The notes beneath the pieces were generated by a model that saw nothing but the letters and a program-made list of their open reading frames with translations, had not been told where the DNA came from and did no database searches. A program made the translations under genes and the position numbers. A DNA stretch of 64,000 nt from Antedon mediterranea (taxonomy: Eukaryota; Animalia; Echinodermata), in assembly GCF_964355755.1 (NCBI RefSeq), contig NC_092675.1, positions 23,594,912 through 23,658,911 on the forward strand. Reading direction: 5' to 3'. This document shows, piece by piece, positions 38,413-51,800 of this stretch. Within the stretch, counting starts at the first letter, position 1. The number at the start of each line of letters is the position of its first letter.

Positions 38413-39877
38413 AGTTGCAGTGCGTTCCTGTATAAATGTACATTCATATCTGTTACATTCCACAAAGTAACAACATCAAGTTAAATTCATGTGTACTTTA
38501 TTTACATCAATGATGGTCTGTTACACATGCACATTGATCCTCTCTGTATTAACAGTGAACAGTGGATACAAACTTACAACATATTTTATATCATTTTAAA
38601 TTACTTAACTTTTTTCTAAATTATCACGCATAACAACCATTACAGCGCCACTTAAGTATTTACTGTAGATACAAAAAAAAGTATATATAAATATAAATTT
38701 TGTTGAATTGTTGTTTATTAAGTGTTGCATAAAGTTATGTAATACTATATGTACTGTAGGCCACACTATTTTGTACAATTATGAATTATTTTGGTTAAAA
38801 GTGCAATGTAACAAAAAACGATGTTACAGTAAGTGATAACTAGTTAATTTTAAAATTGTTTAAGGCGTTTGTAAGAGTAGACAAACATAGCTATTTAAAA
38901 AGAAATCGTAAGAAGAACTCCTTGACTGACAGGGATTATTTTTCTGGAAAATTACTCAGAATTCTAAGATTGCTCTTAATCATTTATTCGGTATGGTATA
39001 TTCATTAAAATCATCGTAGCCGAATTGCGATAGAATTTTAATAATTTGCAAAACGGATTATAAAATAACAACTTTGATTTATACAATTTATGTTTGTTTA
39101 TAAACATATGTGATCTTTATAAAGCTTTTGAAAGATATGATTTATATAGAAGGTACACGCGATTTACTGAATTTATATACAGGTATACGTAAGAATAATA
39201 ATCGAGTATATAGCCAGAATAATCTAAACCTTAGAAATAAACCTTAAAACACAACTGAATCGACTAAACACAAATTACAGAACTTAGAATACTAATCCAT
39301 CGCTTTTGATTAGTCAATTCGCTTGCTTTGCGGCGTTGTGCGAACCAAGCTGTGGAAATGTTATAATATAGATTTATAAAATAGATAAATCATACTTTTT
39401 ATGTATGCAAGAGCTAAAAATATTGTCAAGCATTTTTTTCTTTTGTTTACGTTAAATAGGCCTATCTGTAGTAGGAAATTATATAAAATATATGCACTAA
39501 CATTTTAATTTCTACCAACATCATAATGGTACTATCTTATGATAAATAAATGTACTGTTTACAGTATATTAATAAAAATGATACATAGATTTTATATACA
39601 GTATTGTGTACTTTAACCTCCAAGATCTTTTTTTGAACACAATTGTTCCTCGATACATTCCATCTCGTTGCCTTCGCTCCTCTGAAAAATCATTGCTATC
39701 TGTTTCCAGACTATGACTTGCGTTGGATGTACCCTTTTCTTTGTTGCATCCTCTCCAACCATGCTGTAAACATTGCTACAGAAAATGAACTACATCAATG
39801 CATCAATCAGCCATATAGTCACTCAGTCTATTTATGAGAACCTGACCATTAGATTGATAAGTACGATTTTTAGATAC

Positions 39878-40296
39878 TGTCACGAACTCCTATTACGTAT
39901 GTGACATAAAAGTATACACACAAAATCCACAAAGTTGTAAAATAACCCAAAACAAAGCTTTAATCTCAATCAACTTTCAACAATCCAGTATACACTTTAA
40001 ACATCTGCTTCACAATAACTTTTACAATCCAAAATCGAACCTTCTTCAAAATATATGCTTCAATCAAAAATCCTCCCCCTCCTTACAATTGTCATTCTTC
40101 CCCTTATATACAATATGTTCATAACCTTCTAGATCATTCCTTATACTTCTTACTCTATTGGATTACAGTTTCTATAAATAGTATACTTCTTGAATGTTCT
40201 TGATTAATTATACATTGTTTCTTAATTTTAAACATGTATACCCTTATTCTATAATGTTCATATAGATACTAACTATGTTACTAGTAATTTTATACA
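39878..40296 (-). mobile_element. Solo LTR of an LTR retrotransposon
   Basis: 419 bp with TGT...ACA termini and a perfect 5-bp TSD GATAC (39873-39877, 40297-40301). On the minus strand TATATAAGGG (40110-40101) precedes ATTAAA (39964-39959). Confidence 0.8.
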
Positions 40297-40759
40297 GATA
40301 CAAAAATTAATATGATCATTGTTTAAGGAATAGACTTTTTGATCGTGTAGAAAGAAAGGCTAAATTTTCAGTTCAGAGAACCCAGCCCGTGGAACAACAG
40401 TCATAACCAGATAAAAGCGCCGCTTCTATCTGATCTCTAGTTGCCAATTCTCTCCCATAACTAGAACATCTATTCTTTGCATCTTCATACGTAAGACTAT
40501 ATCGTTCACTTCCAGTTACGGCAATCACACGATGATGGGGAAATGGATCTGGAATCGTTGTCAGGTTCAGCAAGGGGATGTAACACATACCAAAATACTT
40601 CGTTAATGGGTCGTTTAACTTAATGTAATTACCAGTCGGATAAAGCCAAAAGTCTCCAGGAGTAGGCCTATTGTCACCAGCAGAGCAAGGATATCCACCC
40701 AACCCATTTAAATACCAGCCGTTTGTACAAAGACCGACGCCCACTGAATAAGATGCGTT

Positions 40760-43590
40760 ATTTCATTTCATTTCATTTTCATTTCTTTATTCGACAACAA
40801 GCGGTCCAGGGATTGCGACAGCAACAGAGCACCATAACACATTTGTGTCCGCAATCCCTGTAACATACAACTTAATACAAGTTAAAAATGAATATAAAGA
40901 ATACAGAATATATAAAAAATTTAATTAATTTGTATTACTGTGTTACACCATTTAAAATACTCCTATACAATTAAAATAAATTTAGCGTTGATCAAGCAGA
41001 TATTTTTTCAATTTCGACAGGAAATTTTTAAAAGGAAGAGTAACTGCTTGATCTTTGATTATGGAGGGTAGTGATGACCATATAACAGGAAAATTGTTGA
41101 TAGACGAATATTTTAAAGTATCGGTACGTGCAAAAGGGTGGACAAATGTGAGTAATTCAGGATGGCGTTGATTGATATGGATATTGTTATTTACAGTACT
41201 ACAAAAAGTTACATTATAAAAACAACGAAATAAAAAGGAAATTAAAATCATTAAACGTCTATCACGTAAAGATAACCAACCCAAAGTTATTAAACGTTCG
41301 TCGTATGATATAGGTCCGCAGTGGGGTCCCAGAATACGTCTAGAGGCCCGTCGCTGAACCTGTTCGAGGCGTTTTATGTGTCCTCCATTTCTGGGGCCCC
41401 ACGCCGGCAAACCATACTCTAGAATAGGTAGCACCAAAGTTTTGTACAGACACGAAATCGCGTCTGGAGAGCAATTTCCGGCTACAGAAAAAATAAAGCC
41501 TAACATTCGATTAGCTTTAGATATTAGATTATCAATTTGAACATTCCAATTCAGTTTAGAATCGATATGTACTCCTAAATGTTTATGGCTATCAACCACC
41601 GCAATTGTCTCACCATTAAGAAAGTACAACGGCTTAACAAAGTTACGCTTTCTGGTGATATGCATTAATTTAGTTTTGTTGACATTGAATTTCATTTGAT
41701 TCTTATCAGCCCAATTAGATAAAATATTTATATCATTTTGCAAATTAACAATATCGTTGGCATTTTGTCTGTGTCTATATAGTATTATATCATCTGCAAA
41801 AAGAAAACATTCAGAAGAAACATTATGATTAACATCGTTCACAAACATATTGAATAAAATTGGACCAAGACAACTGCCCTGAGGTATACCCGATGTGACT
41901 GGAAGTACGGAAGAAGTAGCCCCCCTGAAACAAACTTTCTGATTCCTGTCAGTCAAGTATGAAGATATCCATTTCCAGATATTACCTTGAATATTAAAAT
42001 TTACAGCAATTTTTGTTAATAAGATGTCGAATGGCATTTTATCAAATGCTTTGCTCATGTCTAAAAACAGAGTATCAATAATTGCTGGCTCACGTTTGTC
42101 AAGAATTTTTGACCAGTGATAGGTAACATTATTGAGTTGAGTTACGCAAGATTTATGTTTGACAAAACCATGTTGATTAGGGTTAAGTAAACCGTTGTCA
42201 TACGTAAAGTTATTAATGTTATTTACGATAATCTTCTCTAAAATTTTACACACCAATGAGGAAAGGGCCACTGGTCTATAATTAGTTATCGCTGCCTTAT
42301 CGCCAGATTTATGAACTGGAATAGTATTTACACATTTCCAATCATTGGGCACAGTACCAGTATTAAGAGAAGTACGATACAGCAACCAAAGGGGATAGGC
42401 AATTGAATGCGATATCGGCTTGAGTAATTTGACTGATATTAAGTCTGGTCCAGGAGCGGAATTAGACCGAAATGTAGATATGGTGTTAATTATATCATTC
42501 GGACTAAATGAAATATCAGCAAGTACAGGGAATTTAAGAGAACAGGGGGGAGGTTCGTTAAAATTAAAATGAACGTTAACATCATTAAAAATAGAAGTAA
42601 AATATCGATTAAAACCGTTTACAATGTCTTCAATGTTGGAGTAATAAGAGTTATTCGTTGGATTAATAAATTTACTGGGTAAAGAAGATGAACGTTTGTC
42701 TTTCACAAACGCAAAAAAACGTTTTTTATTGTCAGCGGATCTGAATAGATTGTTTACATAATCCTTATATGATTTCCTGATGGCATAGTGAACTTTGTTT
42801 CGCCATTTCTTGTGAGCATCCCAGTGTTCTTGTATGCCAGAGCGTCTAGATTTTTTAAAAAGTTTCTTTTTCTTCTGAATCATACGTTTAATATCCTTAG
42901 TTATCCATGGACTGCTCTGTTTACGTGCTCTGCTTTTGACCCTCGGGAAACTATCGCGAACTGCGGCATCAATAATGTCCATGAAGCCACTCCATGAAGC
43001 GTTTACGTCATTTTCGTTAAGGAACATACTCCAAGGTGCCAAATGCAAGAGATTATTTAGATGATGGAAGTCACCGCTGTTCCACTTAATAAATGAGCGT
43101 ATTGTGGATGTAGTTGGTAAATAGAGACGACAATCGATATCAAATTCAATTGCATGGTGGTCGCTCTCGACTGGATTGTCAACGACGCTTATATTTCTTA
43201 CTGAGGATCCCGTGTTTGAGAACACGAGATCTATCTGTGAGCCATCATTAGCGTTTGTGGAAGGTCGGGTATTTTGGTTTACTAATTGATCGAAACCATA
43301 CATGTTTAACACGTCGATGAATTTATGTGGTGCATTTGGCCAATTGATATTAAAGTCGCCCAAAACGACAACCGATTCATATTTATGGAATGAATGTTCT
43401 TGGCTAGCTAGTGCAAATTCAAATTGATCCCAATAAGAAACAGTTGAGTCTGGGGGTCTGTACACAAGGCATAACAGATGCGATTTGTTGTGACATGTGA
43501 TAGAGACCCATAACATTTCAATGTTCAGTTCAGATGCAATAACCTTTGATTGCAATGTGCTGTTTATACCAATCAGTAAACCTCCGCCAA
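40760..43590 (-). mobile_element. 5'-truncated CR1-type LINE with an uninterrupted ORF2 remnant, inserted in a coding exon
   Basis: Frame begins GGGLLIGINSTLQSK (mid-endonuclease), then YRPP, VLGDFN, SDH, NYRPVAL, DMSKAFD, PQGSCLGP, FADD, HLG; stop at 40982; 3' UTR, AATAAA and (GAAAT)n tail ending 40760. No clear TSD. Confidence 0.95.
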
Positions 43591-46500
43591 AACTTCAAAA
43601 GGAGTCGCTAGCCTACCACCGAAGTTGGCACGGCACCTAGTCTCAGATTCATAAGCGTTCAGTTTATCTGAGTTAAAACTTGTTAGCCTTATGATTCGCT
43701 GATTTGTTGGTATATAATCAACTGAAGGTAGATTATCTCCTCTGTAACAATAATATCCACTCTGATATGGTTTGTCTGGAAAAACATTACTGCGTCGTTC
43801 GGGTGAATGTAATGTACATTTGTCTCCAGAAATTTCGGTGAATGCAATCTCGCCACTTATGAGCCAGCCCTCAGTACAGTTTTCCATACGAGGTTGGTAA
43901 GCATTGTAAAGTTGCTCATATGATGCCAGAGAACCTAAGTTAGTAGTACATTTGCCGGAGGCTACTTCGTACGTGGAATACGTTGACATATAATGGGTAT
44001 CATCTGAAGAAGACAAAGTACAACCTCAACACATTTACCACATGTCACTCTATGGCTGCTAAGAAACATGTCATAAATTTGATAAATAATAAGTCAAACT
44101 ATTGGTTACAATTAAAATAAATTAAGAAAAAGTAAAATCGTCATATATTACAATAAAAAAACATCTTTCTTTTCCAACCAATTTTTATAATCCGAATGAT
44201 AATGTGCAATTGAGACTGCAACAGGCTGCAAAAGTCTTTTTGAATAAATGTGTGTTTAAGGTTTAATGGGCCAAATTCGAACATAATATATCTATAAAAT
44301 AATGTGCTGCCATATTGTACTGCCTGATGGCATGTATATTGGCACAAGAAATTTAAATCTAAAAATCGTAAACATACATTTTACAAGGAAATCTATCTGA
44401 CGGCACTAAATCAATTAGAGGGGGAATTGGTGCTGTGTGCCCTTTGATATTGTTCAATTGAAAGATTTAATTTGATATTGTTCCTTGATATCTCAACTTG
44501 TTGATGATTTGCGTAATTGAGACAGTATTCTTATAGGGCCTATACAATTGAATTAGTTTCGATACAATTTTCCATTTATCACTAAGAACTGAGTTAAATA
44601 CAAATGCTCTGTAATGAAGACTATGACTTGTCTTTCGATAACAACAATAACAGTCATGTCTGCATGTTTCTAACCAACAAGAAGTAACCACGTGGGAAAT
44701 GATGGAAGAAATTTGCTAAATAATTTTAATCAGGTCGGTGAAGGGAAGGGAGGAGCAATATATCCCTCACTAAGCTACAACTCAAACTCCACTTCAACTT
44801 TCAGTTGAATAATGAATTAAATTATTGTATAGTTGAACATCATCATTGCCATCACCGCCGTCATCATAGTCAATTGCCTTGATTAATTGAACCATAACTA
44901 CAGTGCGTGTTTGCGTGTTTGATTCTTTGTAGGTTTTTGTGGTAATGTGTAAACCAAATTGAAATATACTCACAATTTTTGAAACTTTGATCCAACACCT
45001 ACAAATATTAAATAAATATTGTCTTTGTACATAAAGAACGATCGTAATGAGCAAACTGATATGGAGAATTATTCTTAATTAATTTCAATACCACAATAAA
45101 TAACATGAAACAAAATACTGTAAAATGTTCTGGTAGACATGATCATAATTCTAGTCATTATCACAGAGGGCCGGAACATTTAACTGAATTTTACAAACAA
45201 AAGAACTGAGAGGATTTGTTTTTACATTTACGCAAAACTTAGAATCAGTTAGAAAGTTACCGTTAAATAATAATAATAATATTAGACCTTAAGTTAAAAA
45301 ATATGAATTCAAATTCAGTTACCTTTTCTATGTATTCGAATGAATTGTCTTGCTGAAAATTTTCTTTACCTGCTTTGTCTTGTACTTCTCTGTTTATTTT
45401 ACACAAGCGATCACGTTTACTGTAATTAACCGACCAGCAGTAGACCTTTCTTGAACAAGCCAACAAGCAACCCATACGATTGATGTTAACAATTTCGTAA
45501 CTCCAACCCAGAAGTTTACGTTGCGGAAATGTTTTGTAGAGATGAGAAGTTGCCATCGAATTATCACTAAACAGTGTTAATATTGAAATGATGAGACTGA
45601 TACAATTCATAATGGTGGCGAATAGTTTTATCTCTTGTTCGGACTTAGGAGATTTGAAAACTGATTCACTTATGAAACACACACAGGTATTTTGGTAGAG
45701 TTAATATAATAATATAAGAAATCAATATCTGCAGTAAGCGTATTGGTTAAAGATGAAAGTTACTGTTTAGTAACATTATGTTCCTATCTACATTATTACC
45801 ATTGTTCGATATAATTATTGCCTAATGGTTTAATGTTATTTACTCTAAAGGTAAATTATTCTCATTGAAACATCAATATCACGAATAGATAAATGTCATG
45901 TGATCCCTTTAGGTGACAAGCCAAACCACACCACACCAAAAAGAACGTGTGCTTGTGTTCTGATATTTTGTTCTTAGGTGGATGGAGATTCTGTCTCATG
46001 TCTCAAGTTTTTAGTTAAACTAAATATCCCCCGAAAACCTTTTCGATGGGCTGACATCACATTAAAGCTAATAATCAAAAACTTTATTGAAAAGATGGCT
46101 GCAATGGATCAAATACTACAAGAAATGCCAAAATGCAATCACACCAGGCATACTATAATATTACATAAAAAATCAATAACACAGCTATATAATAATGCAC
46201 ATACGTTCTTACTTATTGTTTACATCAATATCGGTAATTGCTGATTTTTATTAGGATTTCTTGTGCATTTTAAACTAAATGTAATTGCTATTTTAGCTAT
46301 AATGCAATGCTTACTACTATAAATTGATTAAGAAATTTTTTCAATAATGATAATTGTGGTAGACTAATCAATAATAACTATTAGTTCATGAAAGCACATT
46401 CATATTCATATTCCATTGTAGATTAAATTTAAATTATTATTTATTTCAAGGTTTTTAACAAATAATTTAAAACATGTCGTAAAAACAGAGATTACCGTCA

Positions 46501-48883
46501 AATGGGATAACATTGGTAGTTTTTTGGGGGTTTTTTCCAATGTAACTTCTAGCTATCAATACCATTTAGGAAATTTTTCTCTTATTTTACCAATCATTGG
46601 CCAACTATTTGAATAAAAAAAAATTTATTTTATTTACGTACATGGGGTTACCCTGCGGTTTGGGGCAACTTTGGCAGGTATTAAAAAATCACAGAAACAG
46701 AGATAGATATGGGTGTTTAACAAATACAATTGCAAATTTATGTTTGTTTTAATAATTCAAACAGAGATTACGGTAACTAAAAAGAATCAACTGATGATTA
46801 TCATACGGTAAATTTAAGAAAAAACCTTCATGTTCTACAGTTACTTGTCTACCGACTGAGACCCTTTTCTACCAATACACATTCTTCTGGAATTGTGACT
46901 GTGACATTCGTGTGTTATGGATGGCCCTGTTACTTGACATGAAACAACCCCACAGTTTATTGTCTCTAGACGAGAACCGCTTTAAAGAAAAGGACTCGGA
47001 CGTTTATATTTTTTTCTGGCGACGGTGATCTGGAAATTCGTTTTGTTTTATTATTAGGCCTAATGTTTAAAAAAAATGTCTTGTCTTTTTCTCATAAATG
47101 ACAAAATAAACAGATAAAAAGATGTATTGTCCTCATGAAAAAATGTTTTTGTTAAATGTTTTTGTTGAATATGACATTTCAATGTCACATAGTTTACTTT
47201 GACAAAAAATTGGATGAAAAAAATATTTTACCTAAAAAAAAACCCCACTGAATTTAAAGCAAATTTCATAGTCAAGTTTACTGGAAGTCAATTTTGTTGA
47301 ATTGTCCCCTAAAAAATATTTTGTTGCTGAATCATACATAATAATTTACTTTGACCGAAAATGGGATCAGAAAACAAATTTATATACTGTACCTGAAAAA
47401 ACTGTAATAAAGCAAACAAATTGTCAAATTGGCTGCTAATTGGTTTTTGGTTGATTTTAACCGTTTGGTCGTTTTTGAATAAAAGTGATTTTTTCTACAA
47501 AATTGATTAATTGATTAAAACTAAAATGGCCTGATCAAAATCTGATTTTTATTAATCTTAATTTGTATGTTTTTTGGGGACGGACATTCATTTTTCTATT
47601 TATTTTGTTTGAAACCATTATTTTTTTATCACGGAAGTGATTAACTTAATTAGGCCTAAAACTCCGAAATGGCCTACCATTTTTTTTTGTAATCTTCATT
47701 TTTCATGTTTTTAAGCCTACAGCTTTAAATTCAGCCAACGACTCATTAACTGGTAGCCAATTTGGCTATTTTTTTTTGCTTTGAATTACAGTTTTTTAGG
47801 TAAATATTTTTTATTCAATGCAATTTTTGGTCAAATCAAAGTGAATAAAAATTGCATCGAATACAAAATTAATATTTAGGCCCTTGATGGCCACCTACAA
47901 ATTATTTTTTCAGGGCGAGTGTCTTTCAAGAAGCTAGCATGAAACTTGAGGGCGCTTGCGTTTTTGATCTCTTTCAATCGTCATCGAGCCTTCGATCCTT
48001 CAATCTTCTTCTCTTGGTGGTGGAGGTTCACTTCAGGAAAAATCCTTTGTTTTTGTAGGCCTATGATGCTAGGCTTCGCCTACGTTATTCCTGTGTACAT
48101 GCAAAGGGGAGTGTGCTTTCTGCTGAAAATTAAAAAATGATGTGAAAGAATGCATCATGGTTTTATAACAATTGAACACAACTTTCTTTTAATTTTCGTT
48201 ATATTTTAATTTCTTTGACTAGGCTAGGCCTAGCCTTTAGGCCTCTCTCTAGCCTATCTCAGCTAGCTAGGCTAGTCTGTCGGGGGTAAGTAAATTGATA
48301 ACTGTTGTGCCTATCCATCCTAACTAGCTAGGCATAGGCCTAGCACATGCTACTAATACTAGGCCTACTTAAACATAGGGTTAGACCTTCTATTATAATT
48401 AGTGTACTATAGCCTAGTCTAGGCCTAGTACTAGTAGTAGGGGCCAGGGTCTAGGCTAGGCTAGTAGTAGCAGGAAGTATTATAATTAATTTAATTCCTA
48501 ATAAGCCTACTAAGGCAAATCTGAGTAAATAGCATGGCTGTCAGTGTCAGTGCGTGTCTGCTTCATTTGTTTTGGACTTGTGGCAGCAGTGTGGGTGAAT
48601 GTTTGTTACATTGGATTAAGCTCGAGTCGAGAGATTGAAGTGCGAATGTATGTGGAATACTGTATGTAGCATCAAGAATTCCATGATGTGGTCAATTTTC
48701 AACTGGAGACTTTCTAAACGACCATTGAATACATCACAAAGCCATATCCCAAAAAAATGTTTATAATTTGTGTATACTAGGCCTGTTCTGTAGCGATTTT
48801 CCAGCACAAGAACAGACATTTTATATTTCTCCCAAAGTTTCTAATAAAGAATTTATTTTCAATTTCTACAGGTAAACCTCAAT

Positions 48884-51800
48884 ATGGCGACTAATTTTTC
48901 ACAATGCAATGGAAACGCTTCCTCAGACAGTAATCATAAAACCCCGGTTAAAATTGTTAAAAATATGGACAACTTAAAATTCACAAGATTTGATGCCCTC
49001 TTTATATTTGGGGGTATGTGGACGTATATAGCCGATCTCGTAACAGATGTATTAGTAGGATTCAAATATCTGAAAGAACAACACTATTGGTGGTGTGGTT
49101 TAACGTTTTTCTTTGTAATTTTTCCATCATTAACATTGCAATATTTAAGTCTTCGTTGGTTTGTTACGGATGATCAGAGGAGTCGAGAAACTCCAATTCA
49201 AACATCAGAACAGACGCAAGCCCGTCATTCTAGCTTTGCAAGTAAACTCTGGGAATGGACCAGTTGGCTTCTTACTCATGTACTTCAACTTGGAGCTGTC
49301 AATAGGTACAATAACTGTTATAATTCCTTAATATAATTTGAGAATGACATATGTTCCTTTTACAAGATTAACTAGAAATCAATTTTTGTTTCAATAGCTG
49401 GACCTAAATTATGGAATGATCTCCCTGATAAAAATAAAACTTTAAAATAATTACTTTTAAAATATCTGTAAAACGTTGGCCATTTAAACAACTTACTTTT
49501 GTTGTGCTCAATATTTGATCTCTTTTTTTGACTTATTTTATTGTTTACTGTTTTATACAGTACAGTATTTCTTTATGTATTTTGCATATTTGTATTGTAG
49601 GGGCCCTCATGAGACAAGCTATTGCTTTAGTGCGGGCTCTAGATATTATTGTCACATAACTGAATAAATGTGTATGAATGAATGAATGACATACTGACTT
49701 ACACCTCTAGTACACAATGTAAGGATATACAGTAATGTAGAATACACCTTTAGTACACAAATAATACATAATGCAGCAATTTAGCCATCAGTGACATTGG
49801 ATGATCCATTACAGGTGCTTGGTCATTTTAATTGCATTGCATACAGTACGTCCAAGCAGTACGTCCAAGCAGTGCGTCCAAGCAGTACGTCCAAGCAGTG
49901 CGTCCAAGCAGTGCGTCCAAGCAGTGCGTCCAAGTGGGAACCAAACTTTACTATGCTAAGCCAAATCGTTGAATGTGCAAATAATGTGATGATGAGTGAG
50001 TTTGAGATTAACCAGAAACCTATATTGATTTCACAAGATTGAAATGTTTTTCCCTATTTTTTTCCCTTTAAATTCTACTTGATATCATACGGGTAACTAA
50101 TTCCCTTGGTATCTAATCTTGTGAGAGCTAAATTGAAGGATTTTAGTATATTTATCAAACCATTTGTTTATTGCAGGTATATTCGAACATTACGTTATGG
50201 TTTTAAGAGCCGTTTGAATCAGAAATATTATCGTAACATGGTGTATGAATATCGTGACGTGACAATGCTTCGATTAATTGAAGCATATACAGAGTCCGCA
50301 CCTCAACTTGTCCTCCAACTTTACATTATGGTGAAAGTCAAAGATCAAGGCTGGCTAACAAGTGAGTAAACAAATATTCTTAATAAAATTCATTGTCATT
50401 ACGAAAAAGTCATGTAAATTTAACACACATTCTCTTTAAAGAAAGACAATATCAAAACTTTTCATTACGAGAAAGTCATGTAAATTCAACACACATTCTC
50501 TTCAAAGAAACACAATAAGTAAGAAAACAAAATTGAACATTAAGCATTTCGGTGAAATTAATATACACAAAATCATTATAATTCTCCTAAATGTAGAACT
50601 GTTTAGTCGTTTGTCATAGCTGAACCTGGGGGTGATAGGGGAAGGGCAGCCGTCCCAGTCCCCCTGCCAACAGTGCAGAGATAGTTTAGGTCAGCACTTA
50701 ATTTCACCATTCTTAGCACGAACCCCTACCCCATCTCCTCTCCCCTCCCTATTTCAAAATTCTGGATCCGTTGCTGTCACAATTATTTTACTTTAATACA
50801 CATTTATACACACTTTCAAACCGCAATAATGTACAGTATGGTTGAAATTAAAAGGACTCTGTAATTTACAATTACATATTTCTAATGGTGTTTCTACATA
50901 ATTGAAAAGAGATTTTTATTTTCTGCTGCTATCATTGACTTGCTTTAATGACATGATATAAAATCTAAAAATAGACTTATATAAATAGATTGTTTCACAT
51001 TGACAATGAAACTGCAGATTTACTGCAATTCTTAAACAAAAGATCAAGATTTTGTGCATGTAGAAATGCACTTATTTTTTTTAATGTCGGATCCTATAAA
51101 ATGTTATTCTTGTGTGTTGCTACAGTATCTATGTATCAATCATAGGGGGATTATAATTCGTATGCTTCGCATAAAGTATTAGGGTAAAGAAATAGAAAAT
51201 CCTAAATTTAATTTAAATGGTATACGGTATGGGTTAACATTGATAAACACTATACACTATTAACATTGTTTTTAATACTAATTAACAGTAAAATGTCAAA
51301 TTAGCTATGGTGTATATTTTGACCAGTGATACTGTAGCTACAGTAGAAATTATTATTTTATAATTATTAGAAACTCCCATTTTTTAGCATTCATCGCTTA
51401 TTTATTATTTTCAAAATGTTATGAGTCCCCTCATACTGTAGATTGAAGAATGCAAGATTTCATATTCTTAATTGTAGTATTGTTAAGCTGCTGAAGTGCT
51501 ACTGTTATACAGTATTTATTGAAAAAATACACATGATTACATTGTAGTTTAGTTGTAATGAAGCATTCATTATCACCTCACTTGATAATTGTATTGTTCT
51601 ACTGTACTGTATGACCATCAGCTACGTGTATAGGATTCATCCAATGCTTGAACACGAGGCCTCCTCAACACATCTTTAGAACACATTGAATAATTAATGT
51701 TGAGAGGAAATTGATATCGGACTTTCTTGTCTGAGACTATTCAGTTCATGATGATAGTAAAGTTCCTTTACAAAGATGTAATTAATTCTATGCTGTCTGA

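Larger units (their letters stand above)
39870..45610 (-). pseudogene. Disrupted gene for a secreted PAN/apple + three Link-like (Xlink) module protein
   Basis: Exon 45610-45323 encodes a signal peptide and PAN domain (CLLACSRKVYCWSVNY..LCKIN). The Link-coding exon from ~44003 is split by the LINE at 40760-43590; modules show C..LA(S/T)..(Q/E)...C..GW..CY. In-frame TGA at 40375-40373 in module 3. Probable original end NFCI-TAA is split by the solo LTR. A possible degenerate exon lies near 44715-44600. Confidence 0.75.

Noticed and set aside
39560-39790. Possible further exon on the minus strand after an acceptor-like TTTTCTGTAG
   Set aside because: No recognisable domain in any frame and no supporting donor; it lies beyond the inferred Link-gene stop.
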